From an uncultured Chryseobacterium sp. (GTDB lineage Bacteria; Bacteroidota; Bacteroidia; Flavobacteriales; Weeksellaceae), in NCBI GenBank assembly GCA_965651845.1, contig CBFGVN010000001.1, positions 7,323 to 71,322 on the forward strand: a DNA stretch of 64,000 bases, given 5' to 3'. The position numbers and the translations under genes were made by a program. The notes under the pieces are model-generated. The model saw only the letters and a program-made list of their open reading frames with translations. It did not search any database and had not been told where the DNA came from. The stretch's first letter is position 1, and each line of letters begins with the position of its first letter. This document shows positions 37,122 to 46,589 of the stretch, piece after piece.

Positions 37122-38714
37122 TTAAAAAGGAAAATCATCGTCATCATCAAAATCATTCATTGAAGATCCTGAAAGCTGTGAGCTGTCCGGAAGATCAAAT
37201 GCTGCCCCTGGCTGAATGGTCGTTTTAATTTTATCAAAACCACTTTGTTCTTTAGATCCGAAGTTCGAAGGATATCCTCCGGCACTTCCGCCATCAAAAG
37301 CTGCTTCAATATCTCCAAATTTAGCAAAATGCTTTAAGAATGATAAACGAACATCGGCAGTAGCACCGTTCCTATGCTTTGCAATGATTAACTCGGCCTG
37401 GTTTTCCGTTGAAGTTTCCTGACCTTCTTCATCATTATCCCAAACAGTGATTTTATAATATTCCGGTCTGAAGATGAAAGATACAATATCCGCATCCTGC
37501 TCAATCGCTCCAGATTCCCTCAAATCGGAAAGCTGAGGTCTTTTTCCCGGACGGGTTTCCACACTACGCGAAAGCTGGGAAAGTGCAATTACCGGAACGT
37601 TCAATTCTTTTGCGATTGCCTTTAAGGAACGGGAAATCATGGAAATTTCCTGTTCACGGTTTCCAACACCTTTTCCACCGCTTCCTGCAGTCATTAGCTG
37701 AAGGTAGTCGACCATGATGAGTCGTACACCATGCTGCATTACCAGTCTTCGGCATTTTGCACGGAAGTCGAATATGGAAAGGGAAGGTGTTTCGTCGATA
37801 TATAGAGGAGCATTTTCCAGTTCGGATACATTCGAGAATAGTCTTTGCCATTCGTCGTCGTCCAAAGTTCCTTTTCTTAATTTTTCGGATGAGATTCTTG
37901 TTTCGGAAGCAATCATTCTGGTGATGAGCTGTACTGAAGCCATCTCGAGGGAGAACAGAGCCATCGGAATTTTGTGGCCTACTGCAATATTTCTCGCCAT
38001 GGAAAGCAGAAATGCCGTTTTCCCCATCGCCGGACGTGCCGCGATGATGATAAGGTCGGAGTTTTGCCAGCCTCCGGTTTCTTTATCCACATCCCTGAAA
38101 CCTGAAGGTACTCCGGAAAGTCCCTGCTTGTCTTTCAGAGATTTGATGGTGTCGATTGCTTGTTTTACCAATGAGTTGGCCGTGTCAAAACCTTTTTTAA
38201 TGGTTCCGTTGGTGATTTCAAAAAATGACTGTTCTGCTTTGTCTAAAAGTTCAAAAACGTCTGTTGATTCTTTATAGGCTGCGTCAATTACATTTGCGGA
38301 AACATTAATTAAGCTTCTTAAAATATATTTTTCCAGAATGACACGAACGTGATATTCGATGTGGGCAGAAGAGCTTACCCCCAACGTAAGATCAATGATA
38401 TAGCTGTCACCTCCTGCAAGACTTAATTTTCCTTCTTTCTTCAGATCCTGAATGATGGTCATTAAATCCACAGGCTGGTTGCCTTCGTACAATTTTAAAA
38501 TGGTAGAAAAAATTACAGAATGTCTCGGGTCATAGAAAACCTCCGGTGTAAGCAAATCAATAGAATGGTCGAGCCCTTTTTTATCAATCAAAAAAGTACC
38601 GATTACCAGTCTCTCGAAATCCACTGCATTTGGAGGCATTTTTCCATCAGCAATTGACAGCTCTTTCGCGAAGTTCCCGTTCGTCAAAGAAGATAATGTT
38701 TCTTTCTGCGCCAT
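37122..38714 (-). CDS. dnaB: Replicative DNA helicase with acidic C-terminal extension
   Basis: AARPAMGKT, FSLEM, VDYLQLM, LSQLSR, SDLRESGAIEQDAD, IAKHRNG; no intein. Confidence 0.97.
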   Translation of the reverse strand: MAQKETLSSLTNGNFAKELSIADGKMPPNAVDFERLVIGTFLIDKKGLDHSIDLLTPEVFYDPRHSVIFSTILKLYEGNQPVDLMTIIQDLKKEGKLSLAGGDSYIIDLTLGVSSSAHIEYHVRVILEKYILRSLINVSANVIDAAYKESTDVFELLDKAEQSFFEITNGTIKKGFDTANSLVKQAIDTIKSLKDKQGLSGVPSGFRDVDKETGGWQNSDLIIIAARPAMGKTAFLLSMARNIAVGHKIPMALFSLEMASVQLITRMIASETRISSEKLRKGTLDDDEWQRLFSNVSELENAPLYIDETPSLSIFDFRAKCRRLVMQHGVRLIMVDYLQLMTAGSGGKGVGNREQEISMISRSLKAIAKELNVPVIALSQLSRSVETRPGKRPQLSDLRESGAIEQDADIVSFIFRPEYYKITVWDNDEEGQETSTENQAELIIAKHRNGATADVRLSFLKHFAKFGDIEAAFDGGSAGGYPSNFGSKEQSGFDKIKTTIQPGAAFDLPDSSQLSGSSMNDFDDDDDFPF

Positions 38715-38821
38715 AGTTCTGCAAAGATAGTTTTTTTGAAAAGTAATAAAAAAATAGTAACTAATATTTTACTGTTGATAAGTCTAAAATCCTAGTATTG
38801 AAAGGCTTTTTCTTAGTGAAT

Positions 38822-38852
38822 AAAAAAATCACCCCAAAAGTGAGGTGATTTT
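38822..38852 (-). terminator. Terminator of T9SS cargo gene D
   Basis: aaaatcacc...ggtgatttt with an A tract. Confidence 0.65.
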
Positions 38853-38879
38853 AAGTGTCTGATAATTAATTATTTTAAA

Positions 38880-40949
38880 TTATTCGATATTTTTTACCAA
38901 TACCCATCCGCTGTATTTCGTTTCGGTATTGTTTTTATCGTTCTCGTTCCATGAGATCGTGTACCAATACGTTCCTGTGATGATTTTCTTACCGCCGGAA
39001 GTACCGTCCCAGGTATAGTTTCTGATTTTATCTGCCTGATACAGCATGTTTCCATATCTGTCATACACGGTGAAAACCAGATTTTTCTTATACGCTAAAG
39101 CTGAATAATCGATAAAATCGTTTTTGTTGTCTCCATTTGGTGTGATAGCATTAAGAAGATTCGGAACCGTTACCTGAACTTCGATCGGAGTACAGTCGAA
39201 AGCGTCTTTTACATATACCTTGTTTTCACCTCTCGGAAGATTGGTGAATACATTTGAATCCTGCCAATTAATACCATCAATAGAATATTTGTAAGGCGCT
39301 TTTCCGCCGGCAACATTTACTGTGAATGAATTGTTTGTGATATCAATACTTGTAATTACAGGCTGTTGGGAAGATAGAACTTTTACAGGCTGTAAAGTCC
39401 AACATTCTCCTGTTTTCAATTTTACCCAATAAGAACCAACGCCTACATTCGTAATTGATTGTGTTGTTGCTCCTGTGCTCCATTCGTATCCGTCGAATCC
39501 AGGACCTGCATCAAGAGTTGTCATGTCTTCCATACAGATTGTTTGGTCTTTCAAAACATTAGAATGTACTGGAGGCAGAACTTTTAAAGTAATTTTTGAA
39601 ATTGCATAACAGTTGTTTTCACTGACTACTTTTACATAAACTACTCCGTTTGCAGAAATGTAAGCATTAGGATTTAGTATTTCATTGGTTCCGGCAATTG
39701 CATCTGCCTGAGTTTTATAGAACTTTTTAGTCATTCCGGTTTGGGAAGTCACATTTGCTAATGTTAAATCAAATGAAGCTGTTGTGATATTCGAATCGAT
39801 GAAACAAGATTCTATGGTTGCATCGTAAGCCACGACTAAAGGATAGAATTGCAATGTAATTGTTGAATGCCCTACACATTGCCCGGCGGTAGTCACTTTT
39901 ACATATACTGTTTTTTCACCTGAAACATAATTTGCCGGATTCTGAATTTCATTTGTTCCTGCGTTCAGATCATTAAGTGTAAGATAAAATTTCTTAATGG
40001 CAGTATTATCAAAATAAACATTTGCCGCCAACAGATTAAATGTTCCTGTTCCCGCTCCATTGTTGTTACAAGCTTTTATTGTCACATCCTGAGGGGTGAT
40101 TGTCCCAAGTTTGAATTTAAATGAACCGGTTTGTCTACAGTCATTTAACGGGTTATTCGGATCTGCCGGATCCTGATAATGCATACTGTAATAATAGGTA
40201 TCTGCTGCATTTACCATGATTGGAGTTGTAATAGGGTTGGTTCCGAATAATGCATCATTAGCAGTTGTATGATAAGTAATGATAAAATTTGGGTTACCAT
40301 TCAAGATTCCTGCAGATAATGTACTAAAATCAAACTGGCCCGGTAAAGGACATGTTGAAACCAGGTTTGGACCTCCCGCCGGATTGGGATCTCCCGGAGC
40401 TACAAACGGATTCGGAGCCAAGCTTGGATCTGTAAACGCTGATGAAAGAGCTGCAGTTCCACCCCAAGTTAAAGAGAAGCCATAAGGGTTACTTGGGATG
40501 TAGTTGTCTATTAAAAGATAGTAAGTTTCTCCTGCATTCACCGTTAAAGGTGGGTTCCATTGATCTCCAGTTTCTGTAGAGCTTAATCCTGTCGGGCCGG
40601 TTAACCCGGAAAAGTTACAGCTTGCAGCATTACCGAAATCCCATGTAGCACAATCAATATTCGGTCCGTAAACAGCGAAGTCATAATCATAATGAGTGAC
40701 ATTAGGAACCGTATTAGGATTTATTGTAAACTCGATTGTTCCAGAGGTAGCTGCTGTGAATGTGTACCAAACGGAATAATGTTCCACATCCAGACAGCTG
40801 GGCGAGGTATTCTCCTGTACGGTACCTGAGCTGTTGGGATTATAGGAAATGTCAGAATTACCACAAACCGGGATTGCTGAAACACAGTCTGATTGTGAGA
40901 AAGCCATTTGTGATAAAAACACTATGACGAGTAGTAATAGTTTCTTCAT
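38880..40949 (-). CDS. T9SS type-B CTD surface protein D with a Cys-containing N-terminal beta-sandwich head
   Basis: QSDCVSAIPVCGN head, SVWYTF, DYDFAVYGPN, GETYYLLIDNY; stalk repeats; TPNGDNKND CTD. Confidence 0.86.
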   Translation of the reverse strand: MKKLLLLVIVFLSQMAFSQSDCVSAIPVCGNSDISYNPNSSGTVQENTSPSCLDVEHYSVWYTFTAATSGTIEFTINPNTVPNVTHYDYDFAVYGPNIDCATWDFGNAASCNFSGLTGPTGLSSTETGDQWNPPLTVNAGETYYLLIDNYIPSNPYGFSLTWGGTAALSSAFTDPSLAPNPFVAPGDPNPAGGPNLVSTCPLPGQFDFSTLSAGILNGNPNFIITYHTTANDALFGTNPITTPIMVNAADTYYYSMHYQDPADPNNPLNDCRQTGSFKFKLGTITPQDVTIKACNNNGAGTGTFNLLAANVYFDNTAIKKFYLTLNDLNAGTNEIQNPANYVSGEKTVYVKVTTAGQCVGHSTITLQFYPLVVAYDATIESCFIDSNITTASFDLTLANVTSQTGMTKKFYKTQADAIAGTNEILNPNAYISANGVVYVKVVSENNCYAISKITLKVLPPVHSNVLKDQTICMEDMTTLDAGPGFDGYEWSTGATTQSITNVGVGSYWVKLKTGECWTLQPVKVLSSQQPVITSIDITNNSFTVNVAGGKAPYKYSIDGINWQDSNVFTNLPRGENKVYVKDAFDCTPIEVQVTVPNLLNAITPNGDNKNDFIDYSALAYKKNLVFTVYDRYGNMLYQADKIRNYTWDGTSGGKKIITGTYWYTISWNENDKNNTETKYSGWVLVKNIE

Positions 40950-41011
40950 TAGTAAATGATTTTTAGGAATATTTAGTTTATAGTTTAGTTATAGTTCAAG
41001 CTTCATGAATT

Positions 41012-41040
41012 AAAAAAAACCGCTTAAAAAAGCGGTTTTT
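41012..41040 (-). terminator. Terminator of T9SS cargo gene E
   Basis: aaaaaaccgctt-aaa-aagcggtttttt. Confidence 0.8.
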
Positions 41041-41056
41041 CTTGTATAGGTAGAGA

Positions 41057-43135
41057 TTAATCTCTGTTTTTTACCATTACCCATCCTGAGAATTTGAATG
41101 GTGTATTTTTCTTGTCATTTTCGTTCCACGTTACAGAATACCAGTATGTTCCTGTAGGAACTTTTTTACCTCCCGTGGTACCGTCCCACTTGAATCCGCT
41201 GAATTTATCAGCCTGACCAACTTTTACTCCATACCTGTCGTAAATGCTTAATACTAAGTTTTGTTTACCTGCTAATGCAGAATAGTCAATAATATCGTTT
41301 ACTCCATCTCCGTTAGGCGTGATTACGTTTACTAAGTTTGGTACTACAACGGTTATTGTAATAGGATCACAATCGTAAGAGTCTTTTACGTAAATCATAT
41401 TGTCTCCTCTCGGTACGTTTGTGAAAATGTTAGAATCTTGCCAGTTGATATTGTCCATTGAATATTTATATGGAGCTGTTCCTCCTACAACATTCACAGT
41501 AATTGTATTGTTGGTAATGTCAACATTTGAAATGACAGGCTGTTCAGAAGGATAAACTTTTACAGTTTGTCTTGTCACACATTCTCCTGTTTTCAGATCT
41601 ACCCAATACGTTCCTACCGTTACGTTATTGATCGTCTGTGTAGTAGCACCCGTACTCCATAAGTATCCGTTAAATCCAGGACCTGCATCTAAAGTAGTTG
41701 TATCTTCCATACAGATTATTTTGTCTTCCAAGACATTAGAATATACCGGAGGAAGTACTATTAAGGTTACTTTTGCTACTCCATAACATCCGTTTCCGTT
41801 TGTTACTTTAATAAATATGACTCCGTTTGGAGAGATGTATGTAGTTGGGTTTAGAATTTCATTAGTTCCTGCTACGGCATCAGCTAAAGAAGGATAATAT
41901 TTTTTAGTAACTCCTGTCTGTGACGTTACTGCTGCAAGCGTAAGATTAAATGAAGCTGTAGAAGGATTTGCCGGAATGAAACAAGATCTCAATGTCGCTT
42001 CAGTTACCACAACCTGCGGATAGAAATTCAATGTAATCTGAGCACTGTCTGAACATCCTTGTAATGTTGTTACATTTACATAAATACTACCTGTAGAAGA
42101 TGTAAAGTTTGCAGGATTGGTAATTTCGTTAGTCCCCGCAATAAGATCTGCCATTGTAGGATAATACTTTTTAATGGCTGTAGGATCGGACGGAAGAACA
42201 TTTGCAGATGTTAAATCATAAACACCTGTGCCTGCATTATTGTTGTTACAGGTCGTTAAAGTAACATCAGATGCTACAATATTTCCTTGCTTGAACTTAA
42301 ATGTACCTGTTTGTTTACATTTACTGATCGGGCTATTCGGATTTGTAGGATCTACGTAGCTGATACTATAATAATATACAGTAGTTGTATTTACCACCTG
42401 AGGAGCCGTGATCGGGTTGTTACCAGTAAGAGCGTCGTTTGAGCTCGTATGATAGCTTACCTGGAAGTTTGGATTTCCATTGATGATACCGGCAGAAAGT
42501 GTTGTAAAATCAAATGTTGCAGGATCAGAACATATGATCACTTCATTAGGACCACCCGGAGTTGTGCTTGGCGTTCCCGGCGGAACAAAAGGATTTGGCT
42601 GAATTGCTGAAGTAAACGGAGAAGATAGAGTAGCAGTACCACCCCAGCTCAATACGAAACCATTAGCATTCGATGAGAAGTTATCTACGATCAGATAATA
42701 AGTTTCTCCGGCAACTACATCCAGATATTTTACAAATCCGTCACCACCTGCACCTTCAGTAGTATCTGTAGCAGTCATATTAAGACCTGTTAAGATTCCA
42801 CTTGCAGTAGAAGCATAAGAACATCTGATAGGAGTGCCTAAGCTGCCGCATGGTTTGTTCGGGCCAAAAACAGCCCAGTCGTAATCGGCCTGAGCATTTG
42901 GAGTAATTAAAAAGGTAAGTGTTCCACTCGTGGAAACCGTAAAGGTATACCATACGGAAAAGTGTTCAATAGATAAACATCCTCCTCCAAGAGGTTGCTC
43001 CTGAATGTTTCCGAATCCGCTCGGTGTATAGGAAATATTAGAATTCCCACAAACAGCAAGGGCTGAAGTACAGTCTGTCTGTGCGTAAAATAATTGATCA
43101 ATTATGCTCAAAAAAATTAGTAAAGTTTTTTTCAT
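41057..43135 (-). CDS. T9SS type-B CTD surface protein E, head paralogous to D
   Basis: QTDCTSALAVCGN, SVWYTF, DYDWAVFGPN, GETYYLIVDNF; TPNGDGVND CTD. Confidence 0.86.
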   Translation of the reverse strand: MKKTLLIFLSIIDQLFYAQTDCTSALAVCGNSNISYTPSGFGNIQEQPLGGGCLSIEHFSVWYTFTVSTSGTLTFLITPNAQADYDWAVFGPNKPCGSLGTPIRCSYASTASGILTGLNMTATDTTEGAGGDGFVKYLDVVAGETYYLIVDNFSSNANGFVLSWGGTATLSSPFTSAIQPNPFVPPGTPSTTPGGPNEVIICSDPATFDFTTLSAGIINGNPNFQVSYHTSSNDALTGNNPITAPQVVNTTTVYYYSISYVDPTNPNSPISKCKQTGTFKFKQGNIVASDVTLTTCNNNNAGTGVYDLTSANVLPSDPTAIKKYYPTMADLIAGTNEITNPANFTSSTGSIYVNVTTLQGCSDSAQITLNFYPQVVVTEATLRSCFIPANPSTASFNLTLAAVTSQTGVTKKYYPSLADAVAGTNEILNPTTYISPNGVIFIKVTNGNGCYGVAKVTLIVLPPVYSNVLEDKIICMEDTTTLDAGPGFNGYLWSTGATTQTINNVTVGTYWVDLKTGECVTRQTVKVYPSEQPVISNVDITNNTITVNVVGGTAPYKYSMDNINWQDSNIFTNVPRGDNMIYVKDSYDCDPITITVVVPNLVNVITPNGDGVNDIIDYSALAGKQNLVLSIYDRYGVKVGQADKFSGFKWDGTTGGKKVPTGTYWYSVTWNENDKKNTPFKFSGWVMVKNRD

Positions 43136-43226
43136 GTAGGGGAAATTTTATATCACAAATATAAAAAATTATTAATCTTAATTTAAAGTTTTTAAGATTA
43201 ATTTAATAAAATCATATATATTGTTC

Positions 43227-44462
43227 TCAATATTGCATTTTTCTTAATTTCGGATTTGTGCTTCCAACTATTAATGCTACCAGTATTGTCATACTTCCTC
43301 CGAAGACTACAGACCGTACTACACCGAGCAATTTCGCCATCAGCCCGCTTTCAAATTGTCCCATTTCGTTGCTCGACATAATAAAAATTGAATTCACGCT
43401 CAAAACCCTTCCTCTGATATTGTCCGGCGTTTTCAGCTGAACGATCGTTCCTCTGATCACTACCGATATTCCGTCCAGCATTCCGCTTAATACCAAAAAC
43501 ATGAATGATAGCCAATACAAATGTGACAATCCGAAGCCAATAATACAAAGACCAAATCCTGTTACCACTCCAAGTAAAATCTTACCTTGGTTTTTTCTTA
43601 ACGGAATAACGGACAAAATTGTGATGATACACATTGATCCAATATCCGATGCTGCATTCAGTAATCCGAAACCTTCTGCACCTACTTTTAAAATATCAGT
43701 GGCATACACAGGAATCATCGCTACAGCGCCTCCGAAAAGAACGGCAAACATATCCAGACACAGCGCTCCAAGGATCTCTTTAGTCCTGAAAATATAGGAA
43801 ATTCCTTCGCGCATGCTATCTATAACGTTAATTTGATCTTTTTTGTATTCGGAATATTGTTTTTTTAACTGAAAAAAGAATAAAGAAGCTAAAAATATTA
43901 ATGAAATAATAACAACTAATGTCCATTTTACACCAAAAAAGCCAATTAAGAAACCACCTACCGCATGTCCGCAAACCGAAGAAATAAGGAAAGTAGCCTG
44001 ATTTAAAGTAACGGCATTGGGAAGATTCTCCTTTTGCACAATTTTAGGAATCATAGATGGAACAATAGGTCCGATAAAAGCTCTCGCAATTCCCGTAAAA
44101 AAAATCACACCATATATAAAGTAGGTGATCTGGTGTCCCGTAAAATGCATTTCAACATTAAGGAAAGCGGGAATCAACAGCAATCCGATTAAGAAAATAT
44201 AGGCATAGTTGCAGATTAAAAGTAATCTTTTTTTCTCGTTCATATCGATCACATGACCAGCGTATAAAGCACAGCTTACTGCCGGAATTACTTCCGAAAG
44301 TCCGATTAAACCAATTGAAAAAGGATCTTTTGTTAATTGATACACCCACCATCCCAATAAAGTTGCGAGCATTCTGAAAGCTAAGACGATAAAAAATCTT
44401 CCCGTAAGAAGGTTTCTGAATTCGACATTTTGCAATGTCTGTAACGGGGTAAACGAAATCAT
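43227..44462 (-). CDS. MFS transporter (MFS_3/EntS-like)
   Basis: About 12 TM helices; GWWVYQLT, AGHVIDM, LDMFAVLFGG, TPDNIRGRV. Confidence 0.88.
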   Translation of the reverse strand: MISFTPLQTLQNVEFRNLLTGRFFIVLAFRMLATLLGWWVYQLTKDPFSIGLIGLSEVIPAVSCALYAGHVIDMNEKKRLLLICNYAYIFLIGLLLIPAFLNVEMHFTGHQITYFIYGVIFFTGIARAFIGPIVPSMIPKIVQKENLPNAVTLNQATFLISSVCGHAVGGFLIGFFGVKWTLVVIISLIFLASLFFFQLKKQYSEYKKDQINVIDSMREGISYIFRTKEILGALCLDMFAVLFGGAVAMIPVYATDILKVGAEGFGLLNAASDIGSMCIITILSVIPLRKNQGKILLGVVTGFGLCIIGFGLSHLYWLSFMFLVLSGMLDGISVVIRGTIVQLKTPDNIRGRVLSVNSIFIMSSNEMGQFESGLMAKLLGVVRSVVFGGSMTILVALIVGSTNPKLRKMQY

Positions 44463-44555
44463 CCGACAAAAATAGTCTCAAATATTCATTTGAGACTATA
44501 GATCTTATATTTTTTTTAAATGATAAATTAAATTGAAGCTAAAAGATAAAATCTA

Positions 44556-44921
44556 TTAGTTGTCTGCTCTGGTAGAGCTCAAAACCAATGCTGCAACACC
44601 AGCCGCTCCGATCACAACGGCTCCTGCAGTCGTTCTTGCTTTTCTGCTGTCTCTTACCGCAGCTACATTAGCTTTAGGAATAATTACTGCTGTACTGTCT
44701 TTTTTTCCGGCTGTCCCGATCAGATTATCGCCATCCACATTACGGAATAACATTCTTTGATTTTTAGAACCGTCTCTCATGGTAACTACATACATTCTTC
44801 CGGCTTGTAAATTAGAATAATCATTTTTTGCAACATCCTGTGTGTATTTTGTAGTTGCACAAGATGAAATTACAAATAATGACGTCAATAAAGATGATTT
44901 TAAAAGTACAGATGCTTTCAT
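44556..44921 (-). CDS. Small hypothetical lipoprotein with C-terminal hydrophobic helix
   Basis: Lipobox ISSC; small beta domain; AVVIGAAGVAALVL tail. Confidence 0.7.
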   Translation of the reverse strand: MKASVLLKSSLLTSLFVISSCATTKYTQDVAKNDYSNLQAGRMYVVTMRDGSKNQRMLFRNVDGDNLIGTAGKKDSTAVIIPKANVAAVRDSRKARTTAGAVVIGAAGVAALVLSSTRADN

Positions 44922-44990
44922 TATTATTTTTTAATTTCTCAAATTTATAATTTTTTTCGAATATACGTTTCCGGAATTGAAAAAATCTGT

Positions 44991-46490
44991 TTAAAGTTTG
45001 TAAATTTCCAATAAATCTGCAATTTTTCTATCGTTTGCGAGTCTTGGAGTTTTGTTTTGCCCTCCCAATTTGCCCTGCGATTTGGCATATTCATGAAATG
45101 CATTTTTCTTTAACAGGGAAATATGAAGCTTTTGCAGAATATTTCCGGAAATCAGATCATCGTAATAGGTATTACGTTTTCTCAACTGGTCATCAAGTTC
45201 TTTTTTAAAAAGTTCTAAATTTTCAGGTTCTTTCTCAAACTCGATAAACCATTCATGATAAGGAAGACCTTCGGTAGGATTTACCTGCGGAGCAAGATGG
45301 AATTCCGTAATCTGTGCCGGAAATTTTTCCAGCGTTGCCTTCATGGCTTCTTCCACTTCAAATGCGATGACATGTTCTCCAAAAGCAGAGGTAAAATGCT
45401 TCGTTCTTCCACTTACAAGAATTCTGTAAGGTTTTTTATCGATAAATCTTACGACATCACCGATGGAATATGCCCAAAGTCCTGAATTTGTAGTTAATAT
45501 TAAAGCATAATCTTTATGAAGCTCAACATCTTTTAAGGTAAATCTTCTTGCATCTGGTTTTCCGTATTCTTCCAGTGGAATGAATTCATAAAAAATCCCA
45601 TGATTGGTTAAAAGTAATAATCCATCCTTAGTATAATCATCCTGAAATGCAAAGAAACCTTCCGAAGCAGGAAATGTCTGAACAATATCCACTTTTCCGC
45701 CCAAAAGCTCTTCCATCTTATCACGGTAAGGTTCGTAATTGACACCACCTGTAACAATTAATTGAAGATTAGGGAAGATCTGTTTGATTTTTTTGCCGTG
45801 TTTTTCAATCAGTTTTTCAAAATACATGATCAGCCATGGCGGAATCCCCGAGATCAGGGTCATGTTTTCTTTTTCCGTTTCTTCAACGATTTTATCAACT
45901 TTCGCTTCCCAGTCTTCCATAAGATTGGTTTCCCAGGTTGGAAGGCGGTTTTTCTGCAAATAATTTGGAATATGATGGGCAACAATCCCGGAAAGGCGGC
46001 CTGTTTTTATCCCGAAAATTTCTTCCAGCTCGGGGCTGCCCTGGAGAAAAATCATTTTTCCTTTTACAAAATCTGCATTGTTTTTTTTAGCAATGTAATG
46101 GAAAAGCGCACTTTGAGCACCTTTTATCTGATAAGGCATTCCTTGTTTTGAGATGGGAATGTATTTCGAACCGGAAGTGGTTCCCGAAGTTTTTGCAAAA
46201 TATTCAGGAGTTTCTGTCCAGAGAATATTGGCCTGTCCTTTTTTTACTTTTTCGATATAAGGTTTCAGGTCTTCGTAATCGGAAACTTTTACTCTTTCCT
46301 GAAAATCTTTAACGGTTTTAATATTTTCAAAATCATGTTCTCTTCCAAAAAGTGTTTTTTTGGCGGTATTTACCAATGACAATAATAATTCTTCTTGATT
46401 CTTTTCAGAATTTTTCTTGAATTCTTCAGCTTTCCGGACGTGTTTCTTTGCCCAGACCAATGCTACATTTTTCTTTAGGAAGTTTAACAT
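44991..46490 (-). CDS. GH3 (acyl-acid amido synthetase) family protein
   Basis: AKTSGTTSGSKYIP, FPASEGF, YSIGDVV, GRTK, GGQNKTPRL. Confidence 0.9.
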   Translation of the reverse strand: MLNFLKKNVALVWAKKHVRKAEEFKKNSEKNQEELLLSLVNTAKKTLFGREHDFENIKTVKDFQERVKVSDYEDLKPYIEKVKKGQANILWTETPEYFAKTSGTTSGSKYIPISKQGMPYQIKGAQSALFHYIAKKNNADFVKGKMIFLQGSPELEEIFGIKTGRLSGIVAHHIPNYLQKNRLPTWETNLMEDWEAKVDKIVEETEKENMTLISGIPPWLIMYFEKLIEKHGKKIKQIFPNLQLIVTGGVNYEPYRDKMEELLGGKVDIVQTFPASEGFFAFQDDYTKDGLLLLTNHGIFYEFIPLEEYGKPDARRFTLKDVELHKDYALILTTNSGLWAYSIGDVVRFIDKKPYRILVSGRTKHFTSAFGEHVIAFEVEEAMKATLEKFPAQITEFHLAPQVNPTEGLPYHEWFIEFEKEPENLELFKKELDDQLRKRNTYYDDLISGNILQKLHISLLKKNAFHEYAKSQGKLGGQNKTPRLANDRKIADLLEIYKL

Positions 46491-46589
46491 GGCTCAAATT
46501 GCATCATATATAAGCAATAAAAAACCGATGAATGAGTATACATCGGTTCTTCGAAATTTGATTATGAAAATAACAACTATATGTTGAGT

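Noticed and set aside
37122-38714. Intein in DnaB
   Set aside because: Helicase motifs are contiguous; the extra length is a C-terminal tail.
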